In this document: piece by piece, positions 12,501 to 24,500 of the stretch
Layout: each line of letters begins with the position of its first letter
How positions within the stretch are numbered: the stretch's first letter is position 1
The notes under the pieces: generated by a model
The model's input: the letters and a program-made list of their open reading frames with translations, nothing else
Database searches by the model: none
What the model was told of the DNA's origin: nothing
Translations under genes and position numbers: made by a program
Source: Phallusia mammillata
Lineage: Eukaryota
Length of the DNA stretch: 64,000 nt
Assembly (NCBI GenBank): GCA_965637545.1
Contig: OZ281495.1
Coordinates: 24,738,001 to 24,802,000 of the forward strand
Reading direction: 5' to 3'

Positions 12501-15500
12501 GCTGGAACACTGTACGTTCGTGATCTCATTGGCAAAGTGGGAAGCACCAGACAAGTTACATTTGACGCCCGAAACCTCAACGACGCACTCAAGGATGTTG
12601 CACCAAGTGTTATCGACACTTCTAATGCATCCTCTTATCATATCGATAAGATTACTATGCTTGGTACTAAAACAGTAGTTGTTGGATATTTGGTAAAAGC
12701 GTTAACATATGTTTTTTTAAGTTCAATACTTTTGCAAGTTACATGAATGTGATAAAATGGTTCTGTCAGGGTTGTAAGTCGGATCGAGATTTTCGTGTCG
12801 GGTTCAGGCTTGTTGTAATAATCAGTACTTGATTCGGGCCTAACTTTGCACTAGTCTTTTTTGTGCACAATTTTCACAACGTCTTGGTCCAATTCGGGCC
12901 TTTTTGAATAGAAACGGCTTTGGGTGGGTTTCGGGCTTATACCATCGGGTTCGGGCGCAAACATGCCCGCTTAAAACTAGGTTGTATTTTATTGCCATCG
13001 TTTACACTTAATTGCTTGTAGGCAATGTCCGAGTTAAGATCAGCGCCGATAACACTGAGTTGATTGTTGACGAAATATCTTCAAGCGGCGTTGGATGGAT
13101 AGAAGTGGATCCCACACACAAGTGGACGATTTCACCAAAACTTGCAGAACTTCGAATCACGTTTAATATGTTGGTCCAAGGTTCAGTGCTTTTCCCTGAC
13201 ACTCTCACTATCCATGGAACGAAGATTACTCTCGAAGGTAAAATGATTTAATGGGTTACAATTACTTGGGCAATGTTCTTAGTAAAATTACACAGTTAGT
13301 GTTTGGGTTTCTGCAAGAGCTCCGTTACGAATCTAGATGCAAAACGCAAGGATTTTTTTACACACCTTTGGTCCGCAATGTGTTAGTTTTTTGCCACTTT
13401 TGTGTGTTATGCATGCTTTTGCGATTTTGCTACCGACGAGTCCGTTTAGTTGCAAACCGGATTATCGCACGAAAATGCTTGTCAAATTGGAGTTGCTATT
13501 ACTAGAACTGCGTTGTTTTTACCAAAAGCAAGGTCAAAAGCTACAGATACGTGTTTATAAAGCAGTATTCCTTTTATGTTCAAATGCTTTGGTAGTCTTA
13601 GAACCATATGTAATTATACTTAAAATACCGTTTTTTTTCTACTTGTCTGTATTGTTTATTTTAGGTAATCTCACCACATCCAACATTATCCTTGACGACA
13701 AATCTTCACTTCACCTTGCTAAAACCTCTCTACTCGCATCCGCACAACAAGCAGAGGAAAGCACATGCCATTCCATCAGCACCTTTACAGCCAAGAGAGG
13801 ATCTCACTTCACAGTTGAAAACCACTTCTGTCTTGCTGTCAACGAGTTTACACTCAAGAGCGGCGTCAACGTTGAGTTTGAGTCGATCGATTTGAGTGCA
13901 GCCAAAGCAACGCTCGAGCTCGACTCAGGCATGAGTGTAAGCGGTAAATCCTCAACTCAAGTCCCGTTGGAGCATCTTCCCGATGTAGCAACCAGCGGAA
14001 CGGAAGACTTCGCTGGAGGTGTACATGCTAGCTTGGGAGGTGGCTGGTATCTGAAAACCGAACCACAGTGTCTTGTCCCACCAAGCTCTTACAAACAACC
14101 CACCACTGCAGGTTTCGCTGGCCGAGGTACAGCGACCAGCAACGCCGGTTCAACAATAAGAATCAAAGCGCACTCTTTACGTGTTGACGGCAGTCTTCAC
14201 GCTGATGGCTCTGATGTTCTTATCTCTTCGGGATTCCCTGCGGATGCAAGTAAAGGAGCGGGAGCAGGATCGGGAGGAAGCGTCTGGCTTACTGTGTCCG
14301 GATCCCTGGATGGATGCGGAGCAATTTCAACTGATGGTGGTTCATGTAAGATCGACGGATACTCGAGCCTTTCTTCCTCGGAGAGATCGAGACTGGCAAC
14401 AGTTGCAACATCACGTTGCGGGTCTGGCAGCGGAGGAAGGATTGCGACTCACGTTAAGAGATCGGAAAACCGATTCTCCGGAAAGTACAGGTATGTAACT
14501 GAAATATGACTAAGTATTGCTCATCCAGCAGTTTTATTGTAAACAATCGACGTTTCGACGTCCTATACAAGACGCCTTCATCAGGATAATGACATAACTT
14601 GCAGGACAAATTTCTTTTAAAGCGACAAAATGCAAACCACACACATGTAAAACAGCGATAACAAGATCACGCGGCTGCAAACTCGCACCACCGTAGCGAT
14701 AAAACAAGCTCAGTGGTGTAAAAGCGACCGATAATTTATCGGCATTAGAACATCTGTTTTAACGTTCATTGTGTTGGCGCGTGAATGGATGTTCCAAGAC
14801 TCTAGGAAACTTCGCTTGTGAAAATCAGTTTCCTTCACCAACACTTGAGCAGCAGAAAAGTTAATGCTGTGATGGTGAGTGGTTGCATGGTTTGCCAACG
14901 CTGATTTCTTCGCATCCTTCTTGCCCACATCCCTTTCGTGCTCCTTCCGGCGCGTATTTAGACTTCTACCAGTCTCACCGATGTATATTTCGTCACACTC
15001 CCCGCACGGTATAGCATACACCACACCCCTAGTTGCAGTAGCATCTAGAGGATCTTTTGGGTGCGACAGCATCTGGCGTAGGGTGTTTGCTGGTTTGATC
15101 CCAACCGATACTCCGAAATCGGTCAACATACGACGGATTATGTCTGTTAACCTTGGTATGTAAGGTAAGGTGACGAAGGCACGTTCTTTGTACTGGATTT
15201 CTTTCCGTGAAATCTTTTTGTGATCACGGAGAATCCAGTTCGGGTAGCCATTTAACCGCAGGGCCTCATTTACCCTGTGCAACTCCGCCTGAAGCAATGC
15301 TGGGTCTGTCGTCAAGCGTCTGGCCTGGTCTTTAAGTGCTTTGACAACAGCCCTTTTCTGGTACAAAGGATGATGGGATGTGAAGTGTAAATAGCGCATG
15401 GTACTGGTCGGCTTGTGGTACACACGCGTGGAAAGTTTACCATCCGCCGCTTTCAAAATTTCCACATCTAGNNNNNNNNNNNNNNNNNNNNNNNNNNNNN

Positions 15501-18500
15501 NNNNNNNNNNNNNNNNNNNNNNNNNNNNNNNNNNNNNNNNNNNNNNNNNNNNNNNNNNNNNNNNNNNNNNNNNNNNNNNNNNNNNNNNNNNNNNNNNNNN
15601 NNNNNNNNNNNNNNNNNNNNNNNNNNNNNNNNNNNNNNNNNNNNNNNNNNNNNNNNNNNNNNNNNNNNNNNGATGAAGGCGTCTTGTATAGGACGTCGAA
15701 ACGTCGATTGTTTACAATAAAACTGCTGGATGAGCAATACTTAGTCATACATTATGCCTGGCAGCAATAGCTTATTTCATGAATTTAAAGGTCTGTATGG
15801 ACCCAGCGTCCTTTCGCAGTTGCGGAAATACGTTGATCTAAGACGTAGCATTGTGAGACACAAGATGCACTTATTTTTCAACCATAGATGCCTTAGTGAC
15901 AATGTGTTGCCTCGGTCGCTTCGGTTCAGATCGCCTCATAATTCGGCCGCGGGTAAAAAGATAATGTGGAAATGCGGAATGGCCTTCATTCGACTGCGCA
16001 TAGGCCTTTCTCACCATCGGATAAGGGAATGCTCTGAGCTCTCAGAAGAACTTTTGCTCAGATTAGCCGCAATTCTTTCACACCATCACATGTGTCGCTT
16101 TGAACTGTATGTTAAATCGGGTAACGAAGCCCTTCAACGCCAACTTACGATTAACACGGAACGTCATCTCTGTTCGATTGTCCCAAAACGCCAGGAAGCC
16201 GTAAATGCAACCGGACAGCTTCAGAAGAAAAATTGGGTCGTTAATCTGTCCAGCTATCAGCCGAACGAAGTGGAGCTAAAGGTCCTGCAACTAGGAACCA
16301 ACTTTGCAGTGGCACCAAGAACAGTTCCAAAGGCAAGTATGCTGGCCTGTGTTGAAAAGGGTATTTATTCTTTGCCGTTGCATGTCAAAAATCTAATACA
16401 AAGCAAGCTTGTTAATTGCATTAAAAGTCACAGGGGCAATCCTTGTAATCTTACGACATCCGAGCGTCGTGCAGTCACAGATCTAAAAGCCAATGACGAC
16501 ATTACCATTTTACCAGCAGACAAAGGTAATAGTACCGTTATTTTGGACCGCAAGGTTTATGAAGACAAAATCCACGAGCTTTTGCATGATTCAAGCACGT
16601 ACAAGAAACTGCCACGTGACCCGACCCGAAGAACGGAACAAGTTCTTAACAAGTTTGTTGGTGTTTTGCACAAGGAGAAGAACTGTATTTCAGATGCGAT
16701 GTTCCATCACTTGCACAGCACAGATGGTTCTGCTCCAAGGTTATATGGATTGCCGAAAGTCCACAAGAAGAATGTACCTCTTCGTCCAATCGTGTCGTTC
16801 ATCGGAAGCCCCACTTACAACCTAGCCAAGTATTTGGCTCGAATTTTAGCGCCGTTGATCGGAAACACGGAATTTACCGTCAGAAATTCTGCAGAGTTTG
16901 TAAAATCTTTGAATGCGCAACAATCATTGAGTGAAGACGAAACGTTGGTTTCATTTGATGTTACTTCACTGTTTACCAACGTACCAATCGACCTAGCATT
17001 GGAAATAACCAAGTCACGGTTACTCGATGATTACAGCTTTAAAGACAGGACCACATGGACACATGAAGACATACATAGAGGTCTGGAGATTTGCTTGCAA
17101 CAAACTTACTTCAGATTCAGAGGTTCCTTTTACAAGCAAATGTATGGCACGGCTATGGGCTCTCCTGTGTCAGTGGCCGTTGCCAACATGGTCATGGAGT
17201 CTGTGGAGGAACGCGCCTTGCAAACTTTTGACAAACCACCACGATTTTGGCGACGATATGTAGATGATACATTCTGTATCATTCATAAACACCGGGTAAC
17301 AGAGTTTCTACGACATTTAAACAATGTGCAACGAGGAATTGCGTTCACTATGGAATTGGAAAGCAAGAACCGGCTTCCTTTCCTAGATGTGGAAATTTTG
17401 AAAGCGGCGGATGGTAAACTTTCCACGCGTGTGTACCACAAGCCGACCAGTACCATGCGCTATTTACACTTCACATCCCATCATCCTTTGTACCAGAAAA
17501 GGGCTGTTGTCAAAGCACTTAAAGACCAGGCCAGACGCTTGACGACAGACCCAGCATTGCTTCAGGCGGAGTTGCACAGGGTAAATGAGGCCCTGCGGTT
17601 AAATGGCTACCCGAACTGGATTCTCCGTGATCACAAAAAGATTTCACGGAAAGAAATCCAGTACAAAGAACGTGCCTTCGTCACCTTACCTTACATACCA
17701 AGGTTAACAGACATAATCCGTCGTATGTTGACCGATTTCGGAGTATCGGTTGGGATCAAACCAGCAAACACCCTACGCCAGATGCTGTCGCACCCAAAAG
17801 ATCCTCTAGATGCTACTGCAACTAGGGGTGTGGTGTATGCTATACCGTGCGGGGAGTGTGACGAAATATACATCGGTGAGACTGGTAGAAGTCTAAATAC
17901 GCGCCGGAAGGAGCACGAAAGGGATGTGGGCAAGAAGGATGCGAAGAAATCAGCGTTGGCAAACCATGCAACCACTCACCATCACAGCATTAACTTTTCT
18001 GCTGCTCAAGTGTTGGTGAAGGAAACTGATTTTCACAAGCGAAGTTTCCTAGAGTCTTGGAACATCCATTCACGCGCCAACACAATGAACGTTAAAACAG
18101 ATGTTCTAATGCCGATAAATTATCGGTCGCTTTTACACCACTGAGCTTGTTTTATCGCTACGGTGGTGCGAGTTTGCAGCCGCGTGATCTTGTTATCGCT
18201 GTTTTACATGTGTGTGGTTTGCATTTTGTCGCTTTAAAAGAAATTTGTCCTGCAAGTTATGTCATTATCCTGATGAAGGCGTCTTGTATAGGACGTCGAA
18301 ACGTCGATTGTTTACAATAAAACTGCTGGATGAGCAATACTTAGTCATACATTATGCCTGGCAGCAATAGCTTATTTCATGAATTTAAAGGTCTGTATGG
18401 ACCCAGCGTCCTTTCGCAGTTGCGGAAATACGTTGATCTAAGACGTAGCATTGTGAGACACAAGATGCACTTATTTTTCAACCATAGATGCCTTAGTGAC

Positions 18501-21500
18501 AATGTGTTGCCTCGGTCGCTTCGGTTCAGATCGCCTCATAATTCGGCCGCGGGTAAAAAGATAATGTGGAAATGCGGAATGGCCTTCATTCGACTGCGCA
18601 TAGGCCTTTCTCACCATCGGATAAGGGAATGCTCTGAGCTCTCAGAAGAACTTTTGCTCAGATTAGCCGCAATTCTTTCACACCATCACATGTGTCGCTT
18701 TGAACTGTATGTTAAATCGGGTAACGAAGCCCTTCAACGCCAACTTACGATTAACACGGAACGTCATCTCTGTTCGATTGTCCCAAAACGCCAGGAAGCC
18801 GTAAATGCAACCGGACAGCTTCAGAAGAAAAATTGGGTCGTTAATCTGTCCAGCTATCAGCCGAACGAAGTGGAGCTAAAGGTCCTGCAACTAGGAACCA
18901 ACTTTGCAGTGGCACCAAGAACAGTTCCAAAGGCAAGTATGCTGGCCTGTGTTGAAAAGGGTATTTATTCTTTGCCGTTGCATGTCAAAAATCTAATACA
19001 AAGCAAGCTTGTTAATTGCATTAAAAGTCACAGGGGCAATCCTTGTAATCTTACGACATCCGAGCGTCGTGCAGTCACAGATCTAAAAGCCAATGACGAC
19101 ATTACCATTTTACCAGCAGACAAAGGTAATAGTACCGTTATTTTGGACCGCAAGGTTTATGAAGACAAAATCCACGAGCTTTTGCATGATTCAAGCACGT
19201 ACAAGAAACTGCCACGTGACCCGACCCGAAGAACGGAACAAGTTCTTAACAAGTTTGTTGGTGTTTTGCACAAGGAGAAGAACTGTATTTCAGATGCGAT
19301 GTTCCATCACTTGCACAGCACAGATGGTTCTGCTCCAAGGTTATATGGATTGCCGAAAGTCCACAAGAAGAATGTACCTCTTCGTCCAATCGTGTCGTTC
19401 ATCGGAAGCCCCACTTACAACCTAGCCAAGTATTTGGCTCGAATTTTAGCGCCGTTGATCGGAAACACGGAATTTACCGTCAGAAATTCTGCAGAGTTTG
19501 TAAAATCTTTGAATGCGCAACAATCATTGAGTGAAGACGAAACGTTGGTTTCATTTGATGTTACTTCACTGTTTACCAACGTACCAATCGACCTAGCATT
19601 GGAAATAACCAAGTCACGGTTACTCGATGATTACAGCTTTAAAGACAGGACCACATGGACACATGAAGACATACATAGAGGTCTGGAGATTTGCTTGCAA
19701 CAAACTTACTTCAGATTCAGAGGTTCCTTTTACAAGCAAATGTATGGCACGGCTATGGGCTCTCCTGTGTCAGTGGCCGTTGCCAACATGGTCATGGAGT
19801 CTGTGGAGGAACGCGCCTTGCAAACTTTTGACAAACCACCACGATTTTGGCGACGATATGTAGATGATACATTCTGTATCATTCATAAACACCGGGTAAC
19901 AGAGTTTCTACGACATTTAAACAATGTGCAACGAGGAATTGCGTTCACTATGGAATTGGAAAGCAAGAACCGGCTTCCTTTCCTAGATGTGGAAATTTTG
20001 AAAGCGGCGGATGGTAAACTTTCCACGCGTGTGTACCACAAGCCGACCAGTACCATGCGCTATTTACACTTCACATCCCATCATCCTTTGTACCAGAAAA
20101 GGGCTGTTGTCAAAGCACTTAAAGACCAGGCCAGACGCTTGACGACAGACCCAGCATTGCTTCAGGCGGAGTTGCACAGGGTAAATGAGGCCCTGCGGTT
20201 AAATGGCTACCCGAACTGGATTCTCCGTGATCACAAAAAGATTTCACGGAAAGAAATCCAGTACAAAGAACGTGCCTTCGTCACCTTACCTTACATACCA
20301 AGGTTAACAGACATAATCCGTCGTATGTTGACCGATTTCGGAGTATCGGTTGGGATCAAACCAGCAAACACCCTACGCCAGATGCTGTCGCACCCAAAAG
20401 ATCCTCTAGATGCTACTGCAACTAGGGGTGTGGTGTATGCTATACCGTGCGGGGAGTGTGACGAAATATACATCGGTGAGACTGGTAGAAGTCTAAATAC
20501 GCGCCGGAAGGAGCACGAAAGGGATGTGGGCAAGAAGGATGCGAAGAAATCAGCGTTGGCAAACCATGCAACCACTCACCATCACAGCATTAACTTTTCT
20601 GCTGCTCAAGTGTTGGTGAAGGAAACTGATTTTCACAAGCGAAGTTTCCTAGAGTCTTGGAACATCCATTCACGCGCCAACACAATGAACGTTAAAACAG
20701 ATGTTCTAATGCCGATAAATTATCGGTCGCTTTTACACCACTGAGCTTGTTTTATCGCTACGGTGGTGCGAGTTTGCAGCCGCGTGATCTTGTTATCGCT
20801 GTTTTACATGTGTGTGGTTTGCATTTTGTCGCTTTAAAAGAAATTTGTCCTGCAAGTTATGTCATTATCCTGATGAAGGCGTCTTGTATAGGACGTCGAA
20901 ACGTCGATTGTTTACAATAAAACTGCTGGATGAGCAATACTTAGTCATACATTATGCCTGGCAGCAATAGCTTATTTCATGAATTTAAAGGTCTGTATGG
21001 ACCCAGCGTCCTTTCGCAGTTGCGGAAATACGTTGATCTAAGACGTAGCATTGTGAGACACAAGATGCACTTATTTTTCAACCATAGATGCCTTAGTGAC
21101 AATGTGTTGCCTCGGTCGCTTCGGTTCAGATCGCCTCATAATTCGGCCGCGGGTAAAAAGATAATGTGGAAATGCGGAATGGCCTTCATTCGACTGCGCA
21201 TAGGCCTTTCTCACCATCGGATAAGGGAATGCTCTGAGCTCTCAGAAGAACTTTTGCTCAGATTAGCCGCAATTCTTTCACACCATCACATGTGTCGCTT
21301 TGAACTGTATGTTAAATCGGGTAACGAAGCCCTTCAACGCCAACTTACGATTAACACGGAACGTCATCTCTGTTCGATTGTCCCAAAACGCCAGGAAGCC
21401 GTAAATGCAACCGGACAGCTTCAGAAGAAAAATTGGGTCGTTAATCTGTCCAGCTATCAGCCGAACGAAGTGGAGCTAAAGGTCCTGCAACTAGGAACCA

Positions 21501-24500
21501 ACTTTGCAGTGGCACCAAGAACAGTTCCAAAGGCAAGTATGCTGGCCTGTGTTGAAAAGGGTATTTATTCTTTGCCGTTGCATGTCAAAAATCTAATACA
21601 AAGCAAGCTTGTTAATTGCATTAAAAGTCACAGGGGCAATCCTTGTAATCTTACGACATCCGAGCGTCGTGCAGTCACAGATCTAAAAGCCAATGACGAC
21701 ATTACCATTTTACCAGCAGACAAAGGTAATAGTACCGTTATTTTGGACCGCAAGGTTTATGAAGACAAAATCCACGAGCTTTTGCATGATTCAAGCACGT
21801 ACAAGAAACTGCCACGTGACCCGACCCGAAGAACGGAACAAGTTCTTAACAAGTTTGTTGGTGTTTTGCACAAGGAGAAGAACTGTATTTCAGATGCGAT
21901 GTTCCATCACTTGCACAGCACAGATGGTTCTGCTCCAAGGTTATGTGGATTGCCGAAAGTCCACAAGAAGAATGTACCTCTTCGTCCAATCGTGTCGTTC
22001 ATCGGAAGCCCCACTTACAACCTAGCCAAGTATTTGGCTCGAATTTTAGCGCCGTTGATCGGAAACACGGAATTTACCGTCAGAAATTCTGCAGAGTTTG
22101 TAAAATCTTTGAATGCGCAACAATCATTGAGTGAAGACGAAACGTTGGTTTCATTTGATGTTACTTCACTGTTTACCAACGTACCAATCGACCTAGCATT
22201 GGAAATAACCAAGTCACGGTTACTCGATGATTACAGCTTTAAAGACAGGACCACATGGACACATGAAGACATACATAGAGGTCTGGAGATTTGCTTGCAA
22301 CAAACTTACTTCAGATTCAGAGGTTCCTTTTACAAGCAAATGTATGGCACGGCTATGGGCTCTCCTGTGTCAGTGGCCGTTGCCAACATGGTCATGGAGT
22401 CTGTGGAGGAACGCGCCTTGCAAACTTTTGACAAACCACCACGATTTTGGCGACGATATGTAGATGATACATTCTGTATCATTCATAAACACCGGGTAAC
22501 AGAGTTTCTACGACATTTAAACAATGTGCAACGAGGAATTGCGTTCACTATGGAATTGGAAAGCAAGAACCGGCTTCCTTTCCTAGATGTGGAAATTTTG
22601 AAAGCGGCGGATGGTAAACTTTCCACGCGTGTGTACCACAAGCCGACCAGTACCATGCGCTATTTACACTTCACATCCCATCATCCTTTGTACCAGAAAA
22701 GGGCTGTTGTCAAAGCACTTAAAGACCAGGCCAGACGCTTGACGACAGACCCAGCATTGCTTCAGGCGGAGTTGCACAGGGTAAATGAGGCCCTGCGGTT
22801 AAATGGCTACCCGAACTGGATTCTCCGTGATCACAAAAAGATTTCACGGAAAGAAATCCAGTACAAAGAACGTGCCTTCGTCACCTTACCTTACATACCA
22901 AGGTTAACAGACATAATCCGTCGTATGTTGACCGATTTCGGAGTATCGGTTGGGATCAAACCAGCAAACACCCTACGCCAGATGCTGTCGCACCCAAAAG
23001 ATCCTCTAGATGCTACTGCAACTAGGGGTGTGGTGTATGCTATACCGTGCGGGGAGTGTGACGAAATATACATCGGTGAGACTGGTAGAAGTCTAAATAC
23101 GCGCCGGAAGGAGCACGAAAGGGATGTGGGCAAGAAGGATGCGAAGAAATCAGCGTTGGCAAACCATGCAACCACTCACCATCACAGCATTAACTTTTCT
23201 GCTGCTCAAGTGTTGGTGAAGGAAACTGATTTTCACAAGCGAAGTTTCCTAGAGTCTTGGAACATCCATTCACGCGCCAACACAATGAACGTTAAAACAG
23301 ATGTTCTAATGCCGATAAATTATCGGTCGCTTTTACACCACTGAGCTTGTTTTATCGCTACGGTGGTGCGAGTTTGCAGCCGCGTGATCTTGTTATCGCT
23401 GTTTTACATGTGTGTGGTTTGCATTTTGTCGCTTTAAAAGAAATTTGTCCTGCAAGTTATGTCATTATCCTGATGAAGGCGTCTTGTATAGGACGTCGAA
23501 ACGTCGATTGTTTACAATAAAACTGCTGGATGAGCAATACTTAGTCATACATTATGCCTGGCAGCAATAGCTTATTTCATGTAACTGAAATATTACTCAA
23601 AACACAATGCTCCGTGGTTAGGCAAGATCGGTGTTTTTGGTCCAGTATTAGTCCCTACATTGTTTTATGACCACAAAGTAACTAAGTCGAGTTGGGCTTT
23701 TTGGGTCGGTTAGGTTCGGGTTTGGGATTCAGTTTAAACATAACAGACTCGATACAATACCTGATTTTAAATTCGGGCAAATTTGTGTTTTTTTCACGCT
23801 GGTAAATTTTTAGACCTAATTTATTTGAAAAATGAGTTTATCACGCAAACAATGTAATTTAACCTAAGTTTTTTTTATGTCACCATGAAAATTGCTCAGT
23901 TTGTCGAGTTTGCGGTTGTCATGTAATTCCACTTTTCTCTCTGAAATATTCCAATTGGCGTAAATACATATATGATTCATATCTTTTTTAACAGTGCACG
24001 AGGTGGCGGAGCAGGTGAATCAGACGCCGCTTATTCTGACTCGGTTCCATCTGGACTTGGAGGCGGTCCCGGTTCAGTTTACATCTTCGACTCTTCTACC
24101 AACTATCAAGTGCTGATTGTGAAGAACGACAACTCGCAAACGCGACTGTGCTACGCTCTGGTTGACAATCACATGCGAGATATTCTTATACTTGACGAAT
24201 TGCATTTGAACGACTCTTCACGTGTCAGGATGTTGGATAGCGAAACGTCAAAATTGAATTTGCAGATCAATGAAATGATTGGAGACCGAACTGGTAAATT
24301 TCGGATTTTTGTTAGTTGGTCATTAGCAGTTTAAATGTGGCCGAGAAGCCCAAGCTGCGAAAGCTATTGTATTGTTGCTCCCCTTTACTTTAGGGGACAC
24401 ATATAGTTTTGTAAACCGAACGCTTGTTTCGCTCCTTTTTGTCAATCTTTTATGTGACTCAAGTATTTATAAACAGGTGTAACTGATGTGGCCCCTCATA

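Larger units (their letters stand above)
14505..23581. mobile_element. Penelope-like retroelement (Penelope/Poseidon type) composite insertion: inverted partial copy plus at least three tandem 2,600-bp units, in intron 19
   Basis: ORF starts at 15754/18354/20954 (exact 2,600 period); minus-strand copy at 14505..15471; ATGTAACTGAAATAT duplicated at 14493..14507 and 23579..23593. Confidence 0.95.

Noticed and set aside
15398-15748. ORFs containing X runs
   Set aside because: Artefacts of translating through the 200-N gap.
16493-23175. Small alternative-frame and antisense ORFs repeated inside the Penelope units
   Set aside because: They recur only because the unit repeats and have no recognisable domain.
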